Below, one piece after another: positions 1-9,768 of a DNA stretch of 64,000 nt. Within the stretch, counting starts at the first letter, position 1. Every line of letters begins with the position of its first letter. A program made the translations under genes and the position numbers. The stretch is from Bdellovibrionota bacterium (GTDB lineage: Bacteria; Bdellovibrionota; UBA2428), in contig JBGSZX010000031.1 of assembly GCA_041750195.1 (NCBI GenBank), forward strand, positions 20,669-84,668, written 5' to 3'. The notes below the pieces were generated by a model. The model saw only the letters and a list, made by a program, of their open reading frames with translations, made no database searches and was not told the origin of the DNA.

Positions 1-1319
1 GTGTTGCCGGACGAGTTGCTTTTATACGTGCTTTTGGAAAAGCAGGTTTTTTAAAAATTCGCGATCGAAGCGCCACTATTCAGGTGTACGTCGCTAGAGA
101 TATTCTGAGCGAGGGCGAATTTGCTCTTTGGAAGGCACTTGATTTTGGTGATGTTGTGCGTGTTGAAGGTGTTTTGTTTAGAACAAAAACAGGTGAGCTT
201 ACCCTAGAAGCCAAACAGTTTTCGATGATGACAAAATGTTTGCACACGCCTCCAGAAAAATTCCATGGCCTTACAGATGTCGAAGAGAAATATCGAAGGC
301 GTTATGTAGATTTGATGTCAAACGACGAAACGCGTGCGGTGTTTAAAAAACGATCGCTGATTGTTCAAAAAGTCCGTGAATATTTTTTAAATAAAGATTT
401 CATGGAAGTTGAAACGCCAATGATGCACCCGTTAGTCAGTGGGGCGGCTGCAAAACCCTTTATTACCTATCACAATACTCTGGATATGCAGTTGTTTTTG
501 AGAGTTGCACCAGAGCTCTATTTAAAAAGACTTGTGGTTGGCGGATTTGAAAGAGTTTTTGAAATCAACCGTAATTTTAGAAACGAAGGCATGAGCATTC
601 GGCATAATCCAGAATTCACAATGCTCGAATTTTATATGGCCTATGCGACTTACGATGTCTTGATGGATATGACGGAAGAAATGATTCGAAATATTGCCAA
701 AGACCTCTATGGAAAAACGCAAATTGAATGGATGGGGAATCAGCTAGAACTTGGAACTCCATGGTCTCGAATTTCGATGGAAAATGCTGTCTCAACGATG
801 TCAGGCTATGAGGGCTCGCTGAGAGACGAAAAAGGCATGCGAAGCTACTTGGAAAAACGTGGTGTCGAACTAACAGGCCGCGAAAGTATGGGGCACTTGC
901 TCACCATGATGTTCGACGAAGATGTTGAAGCTCAGCTTATTCAGCCCACTTTTGTGACAGGATATCCTGTTGAGGTTTCTCCGTTGGCTCGCAGAGCAAA
1001 AGACTTGTCTCCTGAAGGCTTTGAGGTCACAGAGCGATTTGAATTGTTTGTCTGCGGCCAGGAAATTGCCAACGGCTTTAACGAGTTGAATGATCCAGAT
1101 GATCAAAAGGCTCGTTTCATTGCTCAGCAAAATGAGAAAGATGCTGGTAACGATGAAGCTAACGATTATGATTCTGACTATATTTTAGCGCTTGAATACG
1201 GTTTGCCTCCTACGGCTGGCGAGGGCATTGGAATTGACAGACTTGTGATGATGCTGGCAGGTGCCAATAGCATTCGAGATGTTATTTTGTTTCCTCAAAT
1301 GAAAAAAGAAGGCGCATAA
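1..1319 (+). CDS. lysS: Lysyl-tRNA synthetase, class II (5'-truncated at window edge)
   Basis: The frame is open from base 3. The N-terminal anticodon-binding region (GRVAFIRAFGKAGFLKIRDRSATIQVYVARD) and the class II core (FEINRNFRNEG, EGIGIDRLVMML) match LysS. The ORF track covers 84..1319. Confidence 0.9.
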   Translation, partial: VAGRVAFIRAFGKAGFLKIRDRSATIQVYVARDILSEGEFALWKALDFGDVVRVEGVLFRTKTGELTLEAKQFSMMTKCLHTPPEKFHGLTDVEEKYRRRYVDLMSNDETRAVFKKRSLIVQKVREYFLNKDFMEVETPMMHPLVSGAAAKPFITYHNTLDMQLFLRVAPELYLKRLVVGGFERVFEINRNFRNEGMSIRHNPEFTMLEFYMAYATYDVLMDMTEEMIRNIAKDLYGKTQIEWMGNQLELGTPWSRISMENAVSTMSGYEGSLRDEKGMRSYLEKRGVELTGRESMGHLLTMMFDEDVEAQLIQPTFVTGYPVEVSPLARRAKDLSPEGFEVTERFELFVCGQEIANGFNELNDPDDQKARFIAQQNEKDAGNDEANDYDSDYILALEYGLPPTAGEGIGIDRLVMMLAGANSIRDVILFPQMKKEGA

Positions 1320-1323
1320 CTTT

Positions 1324-2628
1324 TTGAAAAGTTGGTCTTGGTGGAAGCTAGGTGCCCTTTGGCTCTTGAATTTGAAAGGGCGAACTCCCGAAGCTAAGCG
1401 GGCATTGGTAGGGCATTCTGTAAAAATTGCATGGGCAGGACTTGCCTTTGGCTTGGCTGCACTTTCATTAACACTCGCTATCGTTTCAGGATTTGAACAT
1501 CAGCTTGCAAAAGTGGTCGCTGAATCCGGCGGGCATGTTCTGCATCAAAATTCTTGGCTAAAATTTGAAGATTTGCAAAAACGAGTTGTGTTAGCACCAC
1601 AGGGGCCTTTTAGGGATATTGAAATTTTTTGGAACACTCAGGCCCTTGTTGTGGGGCCTAAGGGTGGCAAAGGTGTGAGCCTTGAGGCTTTTCGTAGATA
1701 TTCTTCCCCCAAAACCTTTACGGATCAAAATTTTGATTCAAATGGGTTGTCGTCTGAAGATAGAACCACTTATCCAAGCGGACAAAAAATTCCGGTGGAA
1801 TTGGGATCTGAGCTGGCCAATTTTCTGGGTGCAAAAATTGGAACTCCTTTAAGGGTTTTAATTCCTGGAGTGACAAAATCATCGTTGAATCTTGTGGTTA
1901 GCGGCATTCGAAAACTTGGAATGTATGATTTGGATTCGCGTTGGATGCGTGCCCATGAGCAAGATTTAAGAATGGCCTTGCTTAAGAATGATGCTTCCGA
2001 GTTTGAGCAGAGGGCCGGCGATGCACACGGCATACGATATTTTTTCACGGAAAATTGGTCGGGTCCTGAAAATCGAAAACAAGTGAGTCTCTGGGCAGAA
2101 AAATATCAGACGGCTCTTGATAAGAGCGCTGATGAAGATCTTCACGAACCATTTTTAAAAACTTGGTTTGAGCAAAAGCAAAATCTTTTTGGTTCCATTG
2201 GTCTAGATAAAAAAGTTTTAAGCGTTGTGCTGGCACTTTTATGTTTGGTTTCCGCCCTAAATGTTGCTGCGGCACTAGTGATTTTGTTTTTGGAGCGCGA
2301 CAAAGAGGTTGCCTTGCTAAGGGCCATTGGGATGACAAAGAAAAAGTTATTGGTGTGGATCATTGTTCAGGGGAGTTTGCTGGGGACGGCATCTGCCGTA
2401 GCCGCGTTGTTTTTGAGTCGGGTTTTTGCTTGGATTTTATTGCAACTTCCCATCGCTAGCATTCCTCAAGAAATTTACAATCTTTCGGAGTTGCCGGTTA
2501 AATTTGTGTTGAGCGAGCAGCTCTATGTGGCGGGATTCGGAGTCCTTGCGGCTTGCTTGCTGTCGTTTGTGGTCGGACTAGGGCTTGTGACCAGTCCATT
2601 TTTAGAAACTTTGAGTCATCGAGAGTGA
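1324..2628 (+). CDS. lolC: Lipoprotein-releasing system permease, LolC/LolE (FtsX/MacB-type) family
   Basis: 434 aa. It has an N-terminal TM, a large periplasmic domain and a C-terminal FtsX-like 3-TM bundle (LALLCLVSALNVAAALVILFLERDKEVALLRAIGMT). It sits immediately upstream of the lolD-like ATPase. Confidence 0.75.
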   Translation: MKSWSWWKLGALWLLNLKGRTPEAKRALVGHSVKIAWAGLAFGLAALSLTLAIVSGFEHQLAKVVAESGGHVLHQNSWLKFEDLQKRVVLAPQGPFRDIEIFWNTQALVVGPKGGKGVSLEAFRRYSSPKTFTDQNFDSNGLSSEDRTTYPSGQKIPVELGSELANFLGAKIGTPLRVLIPGVTKSSLNLVVSGIRKLGMYDLDSRWMRAHEQDLRMALLKNDASEFEQRAGDAHGIRYFFTENWSGPENRKQVSLWAEKYQTALDKSADEDLHEPFLKTWFEQKQNLFGSIGLDKKVLSVVLALLCLVSALNVAAALVILFLERDKEVALLRAIGMTKKKLLVWIIVQGSLLGTASAVAALFLSRVFAWILLQLPIASIPQEIYNLSELPVKFVLSEQLYVAGFGVLAACLLSFVVGLGLVTSPFLETLSHRE

Positions 2629-2643
2629 TGGGAGAAACGGTAA

Positions 2644-3348
2644 ATGAGATCTGAAGTATTGAAGGCTGATAATTTGTATAAGAGTTATTTTCAGGGGGGA
2701 GAGCGACTAGAAATTTTAAAGGGAGCCTCCTTGAGCTTGCATACGGATTCTTTTGTGGCGTTACTTGGTGCTTCGGGTTCAGGCAAGTCTACTTTGCTAC
2801 ATGTTTTAGGATTACTCGATAGCTTGGACCAAGGTGAGATTTCTTTCGAAGGGAAAAACGTGTCTAATTTTTCGGAAGACAAAAAAGCCAAATTCCGATT
2901 GCAACATTTGGGTTTCGTTTTTCAGTTCCACCATCTTATTCCGGAGCTTAGCGCTCTTGAGAATGTCACTCTTCCTGCGTCTATGTTGGGGCGCGATGCG
3001 AAGGCGTTGGGGCGCGATGCGAAGGCAGAAGCCGAAGAGCTTTTGCACTGGGTGGGCCTCAAAGATCGGATGAATTCTTTTCCGTGGCAGTTGTCCGGAG
3101 GCGAGCAACAACGCGTGGCGTTGGGGCGGGCGTTGATCAATCGGCCAAAGATACTCTTAACTGATGAGGTCACTGGGAATCTGGATCGTCCAAGATCACT
3201 TGAAATCCTTGATCTTCTTGCTCGAATTCACGCAGAGCGCAAGACGGCCATATTGTCTGTTACCCACGACGAAAGACTTGCACAAAGCTACAAAAGCCAG
3301 TGGCGACTGGAAAGCGGATTGATCGTCGAACAGAATCAAACAATATAA
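2644..3348 (+). CDS. lolD: Lipoprotein-releasing ABC transporter ATP-binding protein LolD
   Basis: Walker A GASGSGKST, ABC signature LSGGEQQRVALGRAL, Walker B ILLTDEVTGNLD and an H-loop SVTHD. MacB/LolD family. Confidence 0.85.
   Translation: MRSEVLKADNLYKSYFQGGERLEILKGASLSLHTDSFVALLGASGSGKSTLLHVLGLLDSLDQGEISFEGKNVSNFSEDKKAKFRLQHLGFVFQFHHLIPELSALENVTLPASMLGRDAKALGRDAKAEAEELLHWVGLKDRMNSFPWQLSGGEQQRVALGRALINRPKILLTDEVTGNLDRPRSLEILDLLARIHAERKTAILSVTHDERLAQSYKSQWRLESGLIVEQNQTI
2986..3027. repeat. In-frame 21-bp tandem duplication inside lolD, encoding LGRDAKA twice (20/21 identical)
   Basis: ttggggcgcgatgcgaaggcg / ttggggcgcgatgcgaaggca are read directly from the sequence. Confidence 0.9.
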
Positions 3349-3402
3349 AGCCAAGTATTTGACACTCTGTGAAATATTGGAGAGAAGAATGGCAGCCGCA
3401 TC

Positions 3403-5757
3403 ATGATGCAACTTAGAAGAATGTTTATGATTTCTCGTACTTTTTTGCTTTTCACAGTGATTGTGGCTGGCCTTTGCTTGAGCCCTGCGTCGTGGGCCAT
3501 GCCCATCACACAAATTGTTGTTTCTGGAAATAAGCGAATTGAATCTGATGCCATCCTCGAAAAAATGTCACTCAAGGTTTCTTCGGAAGCCGATCCTGAG
3601 TCAGTTGCTGCAGACATTCGTAGTATTTTTTCGCTAGGTTATTTTGAGGATATTAAAATTTCGGAAGAAGCGGGTGTCATAACTGTTCAGGTCAAAGAGC
3701 GCCCCGTTGTAACCGAAATTACCTTTGAAGGTTCAGAAGAATTCGAGTCAAAAGATCTGCTCGAAACGGCAGATCTAAAGCCATTTACAGTGCTGAGCTT
3801 TGATAAAATTCGTCTAGGCGAAGAGAAGATTGCAAAAAAATACGAAGAAAAGGGCTATTACTTGGCTCGTGCGTCTACTGAGATTGTTCCTGTCGGAAAC
3901 CGCGCTGGGGAAGTTAAACTTGTTGTTCATGTCGAAGAAAATGACAAAGTTGTAGTTAGAAAAATCATGTTTCTTGGGAACGAAAAGTTTCCATCAAGCG
4001 ATTTGAAACGCTTCATGCTCACAAGTGAGGGCCATGTTTTTTCTTGGATGACATCTGGCGGAACCTACCGCGAAGCTGCTTTTGAAAGAGATCTTGCGGC
4101 ACTAGCCTATTTTTACGGAAACGAAGGTTATATCGAGGCTCGTTTTGGCAAGCCGCGTGTTAGCTTAACTCAGGATCGACGCTTCATCGATATTACTATT
4201 GATGTTCTTGAAGGGCGTCAGTTTTTTCTCGGGGAAATTGAGTTTTCTGGTGATCTTTTGTTTACGGAAGACGACCTAAGGAAATCTTTTGCTATGTCGG
4301 AAGGCGATGTTTTTTCGACTGGCGTTTTGCAGCAGAATATTTTGTCATTGACCGACAAGTTTGGCGATGAGGGATATGCCTTTGCTAACGTGATTCCTCG
4401 AACTCAGGTTGTAGAGGGCACCAACAAGGTCAATCTTTTAATCGATATCGAAAAAGGTGAAAAAGTTTACTGGGGGAAGGTCTCAGTTACTGGAAACAAT
4501 AAAACTCACGATAAGGTGATCAGGCGCGAATTGAAGTTTTCAGAAGGCGAGCTATACAACGCGACTAAGCGTAAGAAAAGTTTAGAGCGAATTCTTCGAC
4601 TTGGCTTTTTTGGTAATGATGTAAATTTTCTTACCTCAAGCCCTAAGGGAACGAATAATGTTTTAGATCTAGAAGTTCGGGTCGATGAAAAGCCGTCCGG
4701 CACTTTGGTGGTTCAGGCCGGATATGGAAGTGGTGCTGGTTTTAGCTTTGGCGCCCAGGTGTCTCAAGCCAATTTGTTTGGCCGTGGACAGCAATTGAGT
4801 TTGAATCTCAATTTAAGTTCTTCAAATGACCAGACATTTAGTTTGTCGTTTACAGATCCTAAGGCTTTTGATTCTGAATGGCTTATGGGCGGAGACATTT
4901 ACCTAACCCGTAACGCTGTTGGTGGCTCCGATCGATTTAAAACCTATGATCAAAAATTGGCTGGTGGCGCCTTCAGAATTGGCAGAGAATTGTGGGAAGA
5001 TACCAATGCCACTGCGACCTATAAACTTGAGCAGTTTCAACTTATCAATGCTATCAACCCCAACATTTTTACAAATCCTGAAGAAGACGCTCTCTCAAAC
5101 ATAAGTTCCATCACGACTACTGTCTCTCACGACAAGCGTAACAATCGACTTGATCCCTCCGCTGGGTACTATTTTTCTGGGTCGTCTGAATTTGCTGGCT
5201 TAGGCGGTAGGGTTTTTCAAAAGTTTAATTTCAATGCCCGCTATTATCATAAAATAATTGGTAGCCTGGTTTATCGTACCAATCTTGAATATGGCGTTGT
5301 TACCAATTTTATGAACGACGAAAGTATTCCCGATGCGGAACGATATACTCTTGGGGGTGTGTTTTCACTTCGTGGATATCCTGGCGGCTCTATAGGTCCC
5401 TATAAGTCGCTATCTAATACGAGAGATTTAGACCCGACCACTGGAAATCCAAAATATCCAAATCCTTTTAATTACACCATCGGTGGAACAAATAAGCTCG
5501 TTTATATTAATGAGCTAGAAATGCCGCTCATTCCAGATGCGAATATTCGATTGGCATTTTTCTTTGATGTGGGAAACACTTGGGATCCAAAATTCTCAAC
5601 TGGAGGCGCATCGCTTCTTGCGGATTATGGTTGGGGAATTAGGTGGTATTCTCCACTGGGCCCCTTACGCTTTGAGTGGGGATATCCATTATCATCAGTC
5701 CCAAGTAAACCAAATAAGGGAGTCGAATTTAACTTTATCATCGCTCCGACGTTCTAA
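3403..5757 (+). CDS. bamA: Outer membrane protein assembly factor BamA (Omp85; POTRA domains plus beta-barrel)
   Basis: 784 aa. It has a signal peptide, POTRA-like N-terminal repeats and a C-terminal barrel ending ...FNFIIAPTF. Conserved synteny bamA-skp-lpxD-fabZ-lpxA. Confidence 0.9.
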   Translation: MMQLRRMFMISRTFLLFTVIVAGLCLSPASWAMPITQIVVSGNKRIESDAILEKMSLKVSSEADPESVAADIRSIFSLGYFEDIKISEEAGVITVQVKERPVVTEITFEGSEEFESKDLLETADLKPFTVLSFDKIRLGEEKIAKKYEEKGYYLARASTEIVPVGNRAGEVKLVVHVEENDKVVVRKIMFLGNEKFPSSDLKRFMLTSEGHVFSWMTSGGTYREAAFERDLAALAYFYGNEGYIEARFGKPRVSLTQDRRFIDITIDVLEGRQFFLGEIEFSGDLLFTEDDLRKSFAMSEGDVFSTGVLQQNILSLTDKFGDEGYAFANVIPRTQVVEGTNKVNLLIDIEKGEKVYWGKVSVTGNNKTHDKVIRRELKFSEGELYNATKRKKSLERILRLGFFGNDVNFLTSSPKGTNNVLDLEVRVDEKPSGTLVVQAGYGSGAGFSFGAQVSQANLFGRGQQLSLNLNLSSSNDQTFSLSFTDPKAFDSEWLMGGDIYLTRNAVGGSDRFKTYDQKLAGGAFRIGRELWEDTNATATYKLEQFQLINAINPNIFTNPEEDALSNISSITTTVSHDKRNNRLDPSAGYYFSGSSEFAGLGGRVFQKFNFNARYYHKIIGSLVYRTNLEYGVVTNFMNDESIPDAERYTLGGVFSLRGYPGGSIGPYKSLSNTRDLDPTTGNPKYPNPFNYTIGGTNKLVYINELEMPLIPDANIRLAFFFDVGNTWDPKFSTGGASLLADYGWGIRWYSPLGPLRFEWGYPLSSVPSKPNKGVEFNFIIAPTF

Positions 5758-5795
5758 TGTCGCTTGAGCTATAGGTCTAAAATAAGGAGTCACAC

Positions 5796-6332
5796 ATGAA
5801 TTTAAAAAAACTTAGTATTGTTATCGTAGCTGTTACTGGAATGGGGCTTTCTTCCGGAAATTCTTTTGCCAAGTCAGAAGATGTGAACGTGGGCATTGTT
5901 AACTTTCAAAAAGCATTGCAAGAAGTTCAAAGTGGGAAGACAGCAAAGTCAAATTTGGAAAAAGAAGTCACAAAAAAGCGAACAAAAGTAGAATCTTTGC
6001 AAAAAGAAGTTCAAAAAATGAGTGATACTTTCCAAAAGAAAATGTCCATTTTGAGCGAAAAAGCTCGAACAGAAGAGGGCATGAAAATTCAGCAAAAAGC
6101 TGGCGAACTACAAGCTCTACAACAACAATCTCAAATGGAACTTCAACAAAAAGAGTTAGAGCTAACCAAGCCCATCATTGAGGGGCTTCGCGGGTTAATA
6201 CCTGAACTCGCTAGGAAACGAAAATTAGATTTTGTCTTTGAGGCAAGCGCGGGCGTTTTGCTTTATTCAAAGTCACAAACTGATATTACCGAAGAGCTCA
6301 TCGCTTTATACGATGAGAAAAACAAAAAGTAA
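5796..6332 (+). CDS. skp: Periplasmic chaperone Skp (OmpH)
   Basis: 178 aa with a signal peptide and a coiled-coil, K/E/Q-rich body. Its position between bamA and lpxD also supports the call. Confidence 0.8.
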   Translation: MNLKKLSIVIVAVTGMGLSSGNSFAKSEDVNVGIVNFQKALQEVQSGKTAKSNLEKEVTKKRTKVESLQKEVQKMSDTFQKKMSILSEKARTEEGMKIQQKAGELQALQQQSQMELQQKELELTKPIIEGLRGLIPELARKRKLDFVFEASAGVLLYSKSQTDITEELIALYDEKNKK

Positions 6333-6369
6333 TTGTAGGTTTACACTAGAGATTTAAACAGGAGACCAG

Positions 6370-7434
6370 GTGTTAAAACATTTGTTTAAAGATTTTTGGC
6401 CCGGAGGGATAAATTCCCTTCGGGCTTATTTAATTTCAGAAGGCTTCGACGATCTTGAGCTTGAGGCCTTTGATGGGCTCGAATGGCCAGTCGAAAATGA
6501 GCTACGAAATTATTACAAAGCCTCGGGTGAGAATAGAAAAAGCTGGGGCTTTTTGGCAAAAGATTCTAAAAACGAGTGGCCCTCTGAGTTTGCTATGATT
6601 TTTGCTCATTTCACAAGGAAGAAGGATCTTCCAGAAAATGTAGCTGGGCATATTTTTTGGACGGCTTTCCCAGAGGCGGCTCTAGATAAAGTGTTACAGC
6701 AGCTTTCTGGAAAGTTAGACCAGCTTGAGTGGACCTCTAAGCCTCCGAGTGGGGTGTCTCTCGCAGCGGGGCTTTTGTTGCCTATTGATGTCGTAATTGG
6801 TGAGGGAACTTTTGTTGAGCCAGGTGTCGTTCTTGGGCGAAATGTAAAAATTGGAAAAGATTGTCGTATAGCTGCGAATGCTGTGATTGGGGATGATTCG
6901 ATCATTGGAGATGGTTGCGACATCGGAAGTTGCACCGTCATTGGCGGACACGGCTTTGGAATCATTGATTGTCCCAGGACTCCCAAAAAGAAAATTCGAA
7001 AACATGTCGGCCGGGTGCGGATTGGGAACAATGTTATTTTGGGAAGTCACGTAAGCATTGATCGTGCGGTCTTTGGTGAAACAGTTTTGGAAGATGAAGT
7101 ATGCCTTGATAACCATGTTCAAATTGCCCACAATTGTTATGTAGGTGCTCAATCGGCTTTTTGTGCTTTTTCCGGGCTATCTGGATCGACAAAAGTAGGG
7201 AAGCGCTGCGTTTTCGCGGGGGCTGCCGGGACTAAAGGACATTTAACAATTGGCGATGATGTCGTGATTGGTGCGCAGTCCGGCATTACAACAGATTTAG
7301 CTTCGAATCAGTTTGTAAAAGGTTATCCGCCGCGTCCTATTCAAGAAGCTTTAAAAATTGAGAGTCTTAAAACGCGCCTTCCTGAGATATATTCTCGGTT
7401 GAAGAAGCTTGAAAAACAAATAACGGAAAAATGA
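6370..7434 (+). CDS. lpxD: UDP-3-O-(3-hydroxyacyl)glucosamine N-acyltransferase LpxD
   Basis: Left-handed beta-helix hexapeptide repeats (IGKDCRIAANAVIGDDSIIGDGCDIGSCTVIGGHG...). GTG start. Located between skp and fabZ. Confidence 0.85.
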   Translation: MLKHLFKDFWPGGINSLRAYLISEGFDDLELEAFDGLEWPVENELRNYYKASGENRKSWGFLAKDSKNEWPSEFAMIFAHFTRKKDLPENVAGHIFWTAFPEAALDKVLQQLSGKLDQLEWTSKPPSGVSLAAGLLLPIDVVIGEGTFVEPGVVLGRNVKIGKDCRIAANAVIGDDSIIGDGCDIGSCTVIGGHGFGIIDCPRTPKKKIRKHVGRVRIGNNVILGSHVSIDRAVFGETVLEDEVCLDNHVQIAHNCYVGAQSAFCAFSGLSGSTKVGKRCVFAGAAGTKGHLTIGDDVVIGAQSGITTDLASNQFVKGYPPRPIQEALKIESLKTRLPEIYSRLKKLEKQITEK

Positions 7435-7459
7435 AGCTTTTAAGAGGAGCCTAAAAACT

Positions 7460-7900
7460 ATGCTGTCAGACGATCCAAAATTTACCATCCCCCATAGAGA
7501 TCCTTTTATTTGGGTTTCTCGTCTTATGGAACGAAGCAGCGACGGAACCGAAGGTCGAGTTGAGTTCGATGTTAATAAAAATAATGATGTTTTTAAGGGA
7601 CATTTTCCCGGCAATCCCATCTTCCCGGGAGTTCTTCAGATGGAAGGGTCGGCTCAGGCCTGCATGTGGACACTTTTTGGTGTTGAAGACCCTGAGAGGC
7701 ACGAAGGTTTTTTTGCCTCGGTTGATTCGTACAAATTTAAAAAAATGGTCAGACCGGGTGACGTTCTTTCCTATAAATGTAAACGAATGGCACATAAGGC
7801 TTCGCTTCAAAAATGGGAAGTGACCGTTGTGGATCAAAATGATGAACTTTGTTCAAAAGGAATCATATGGTTAAAACTTGGTCAGGGGACAAAAACGTGA
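7460..7900 (+). CDS. fabZ: 3-hydroxyacyl-ACP dehydratase FabZ
   Basis: 146 aa hotdog fold with the active-site motif GHFPGNPIFPGVLQMEG. Confidence 0.9.
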   Translation: MLSDDPKFTIPHRDPFIWVSRLMERSSDGTEGRVEFDVNKNNDVFKGHFPGNPIFPGVLQMEGSAQACMWTLFGVEDPERHEGFFASVDSYKFKKMVRPGDVLSYKCKRMAHKASLQKWEVTVVDQNDELCSKGIIWLKLGQGTKT

Positions 7901-8703
7901 CGATTAATGTTCATCCAACATCCGTTAATTCAACATCTATTCATCCAACTTCTTTGGTAGAAGATGGTGCCGAACTTGGACATGGTGTTGAGATTGGACC
8001 TTTTTGCCGAGTGAGCAGTGGTTCAAAAATTGGAGATGGTACCAAGCTGATTTCTCATGTTGTGATTGATGGCTTAACAACCATTGGATCTAACAATATG
8101 ATTTATCCTTTTGCTATGATCGGAGGGCCACCTCAAGACTTAAGTTATAACGGTGAGCCAACATCAGTTGTCATTGGAGATTCAAATATTTTGCGTGAAT
8201 CAGTGACTGTTCATCGGGGAACCGCAAAGGACAGGGCTGTTACGACCATTGGGAATCATAATTATTTAATGGCATATTGCCATATCGCACATGATTGCAT
8301 TTTACGAGATCATGTCATTATGGCGAATCAGTCTGGATTGGCAGGGCACTCAGAAGTTTGTAGTCATGTTGTGATCGGTGGAATGTCTGCTGTTTTACAA
8401 AAATGTCGATTGGGAGAATATTCTTTTTTGGGAGCCTCAACAGTGATCCGCAGAGACTTGCCTCCGTTTATGGCGGCCAAAGAGTTTTCTACTGTGACAG
8501 GCCCAAATCTTGTTGGCTTACGACGTAATAAGTTTAGTTCAGATGATATTCGAGTGATTGGTGATCTATATAAGATCTACTATTTGTCGACCGAAAACAT
8601 TCAGGAATCTATTCAGCGAATCATTGCAAAATATCCTGATAATGTCCGAGTTAAAGCATTCATAGACTTCGTTCAATCCAGCCAAGTAGGCGTACAAAGG
8701 TAA
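7849..8703 (+). CDS. lpxA: Acyl-ACP--UDP-GlcNAc O-acyltransferase LpxA
   Basis: Hexapeptide beta-helix plus the C-terminal helical domain typical of LpxA. The true start is probably GTG 7897, overlapping the fabZ stop as GTGA. The N-terminus carries a 30-bp near-duplicate (VHPTSVNSTSIHPTS). Confidence 0.85.
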   Translation: MFKRNHMVKTWSGDKNVTINVHPTSVNSTSIHPTSLVEDGAELGHGVEIGPFCRVSSGSKIGDGTKLISHVVIDGLTTIGSNNMIYPFAMIGGPPQDLSYNGEPTSVVIGDSNILRESVTVHRGTAKDRAVTTIGNHNYLMAYCHIAHDCILRDHVIMANQSGLAGHSEVCSHVVIGGMSAVLQKCRLGEYSFLGASTVIRRDLPPFMAAKEFSTVTGPNLVGLRRNKFSSDDIRVIGDLYKIYYLSTENIQESIQRIIAKYPDNVRVKAFIDFVQSSQVGVQR

Positions 8704-8712
8704 GGAGACGAT

Positions 8713-9768
8713 ATGGCAAATAACACTAAAGATCTTCGCTTTGTTGTGGTCGGAGCGGGTCATATGGGCCTAAAGCACATCAAAAAAATTCTCCAAATAG
8801 GTGGGAGAATCGGCGCCAAAGTGAGCATGGTCGTCGAACCTGTTGAGGCGAGGCGCGAAGTTTTAAGAGAAGAATTTAAGGACGAAAAGATTCAGTTTGT
8901 GGACAACCTTGGAGAAATTGCAAAACTCGGGGCTGATTCTTATCCAGATGCAGCCATTGTTGCGGTTCCTGCTACCATTCATGTCGAAATGACCAAAGCA
9001 TGTTTAGAAAAAGGACTGCATGTCTTGGTAGAAAAACCGTTGGGCTTTACTGCGACGGATTGTCGTGAAATCGGAGCACTTTCTGATAAAGTTGGTCGTC
9101 TTGTTCAGGTCGGTTTGCTTGAAAGATGGGCTATGGCTCATTTGTGGGACAACTGGAGACCCGAAAAAATAAATCCAGTTACCTTTAACGCTGTCAGATC
9201 AAGTCCATTTATGCCTCGAGCAGCAGATACAGATGTGATTCATGATTTGATGGTTCATGATTTAGACCTTTTTGTTTTGCTCAATGATGTGTTTGATTTA
9301 TCGCCCGTAGTTGGTGTGAGAGCGTGGGGACGCAAACTTCGTTCAAAATATTTAGATAGTGCGAAAGTTGCTTTGGATCTAAAAAATGGTGGGACAGCAC
9401 ATTTTTTTGCATCTCGATTGGCCGCGGATGCTTCTAGACGTTGGGAACTTACGGGTCCCACTTGGCATGCTTCAGCTGATTTGATGCGAAGAGAATTTAC
9501 GACCTTTGAAAAACGTGAATCCAAGGGAAAAACTTGGTTTGAACCAAAAGAGCACAGTTGGGCCATTGGAGATCCATTAGGCTTAGAGATTGAAGCTTTT
9601 GTTCAAAGAGTGACAGGAACTTTTGAAAGTATTTCGGGGATCAGCGCTAAAGATCCTATATTTTCATTCTGGGATCCTCAAAAAATCATACCGACGCCTC
9701 AAAGCGTGGTGAAGACACACGAAATTATCGATGAAATTTTAAGTTGCATCAAGGTACTTGAGTCTTGA
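8713..9768 (+). CDS. Gfo/Idh/MocA-family NAD(P)-dependent oxidoreductase. Candidate GnnA (UDP-GlcNAc 3-dehydrogenase) from its position inside the lpx operon
   Basis: An N-terminal Rossmann motif VVVGAGHMG and the conserved EKP motif (VLVEKPLG) typical of the Gfo/Idh/MocA family. It sits between lpxA and lpxB with a 4-bp overlap (TTGA) to lpxB. Confidence 0.6.
   Translation: MANNTKDLRFVVVGAGHMGLKHIKKILQIGGRIGAKVSMVVEPVEARREVLREEFKDEKIQFVDNLGEIAKLGADSYPDAAIVAVPATIHVEMTKACLEKGLHVLVEKPLGFTATDCREIGALSDKVGRLVQVGLLERWAMAHLWDNWRPEKINPVTFNAVRSSPFMPRAADTDVIHDLMVHDLDLFVLLNDVFDLSPVVGVRAWGRKLRSKYLDSAKVALDLKNGGTAHFFASRLAADASRRWELTGPTWHASADLMRREFTTFEKRESKGKTWFEPKEHSWAIGDPLGLEIEAFVQRVTGTFESISGISAKDPIFSFWDPQKIIPTPQSVVKTHEIIDEILSCIKVLES

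Noticed and set aside
522-3617. Numerous 60-145-aa antisense or overlapping ORFs in the ORF track (e.g. 522-722, 2045-2338, 6606-7152, 7466-7837)
   Set aside because: They are embedded antisense or out-of-frame within strongly supported conserved genes, with no RBS and atypical composition. They are treated as non-coding.
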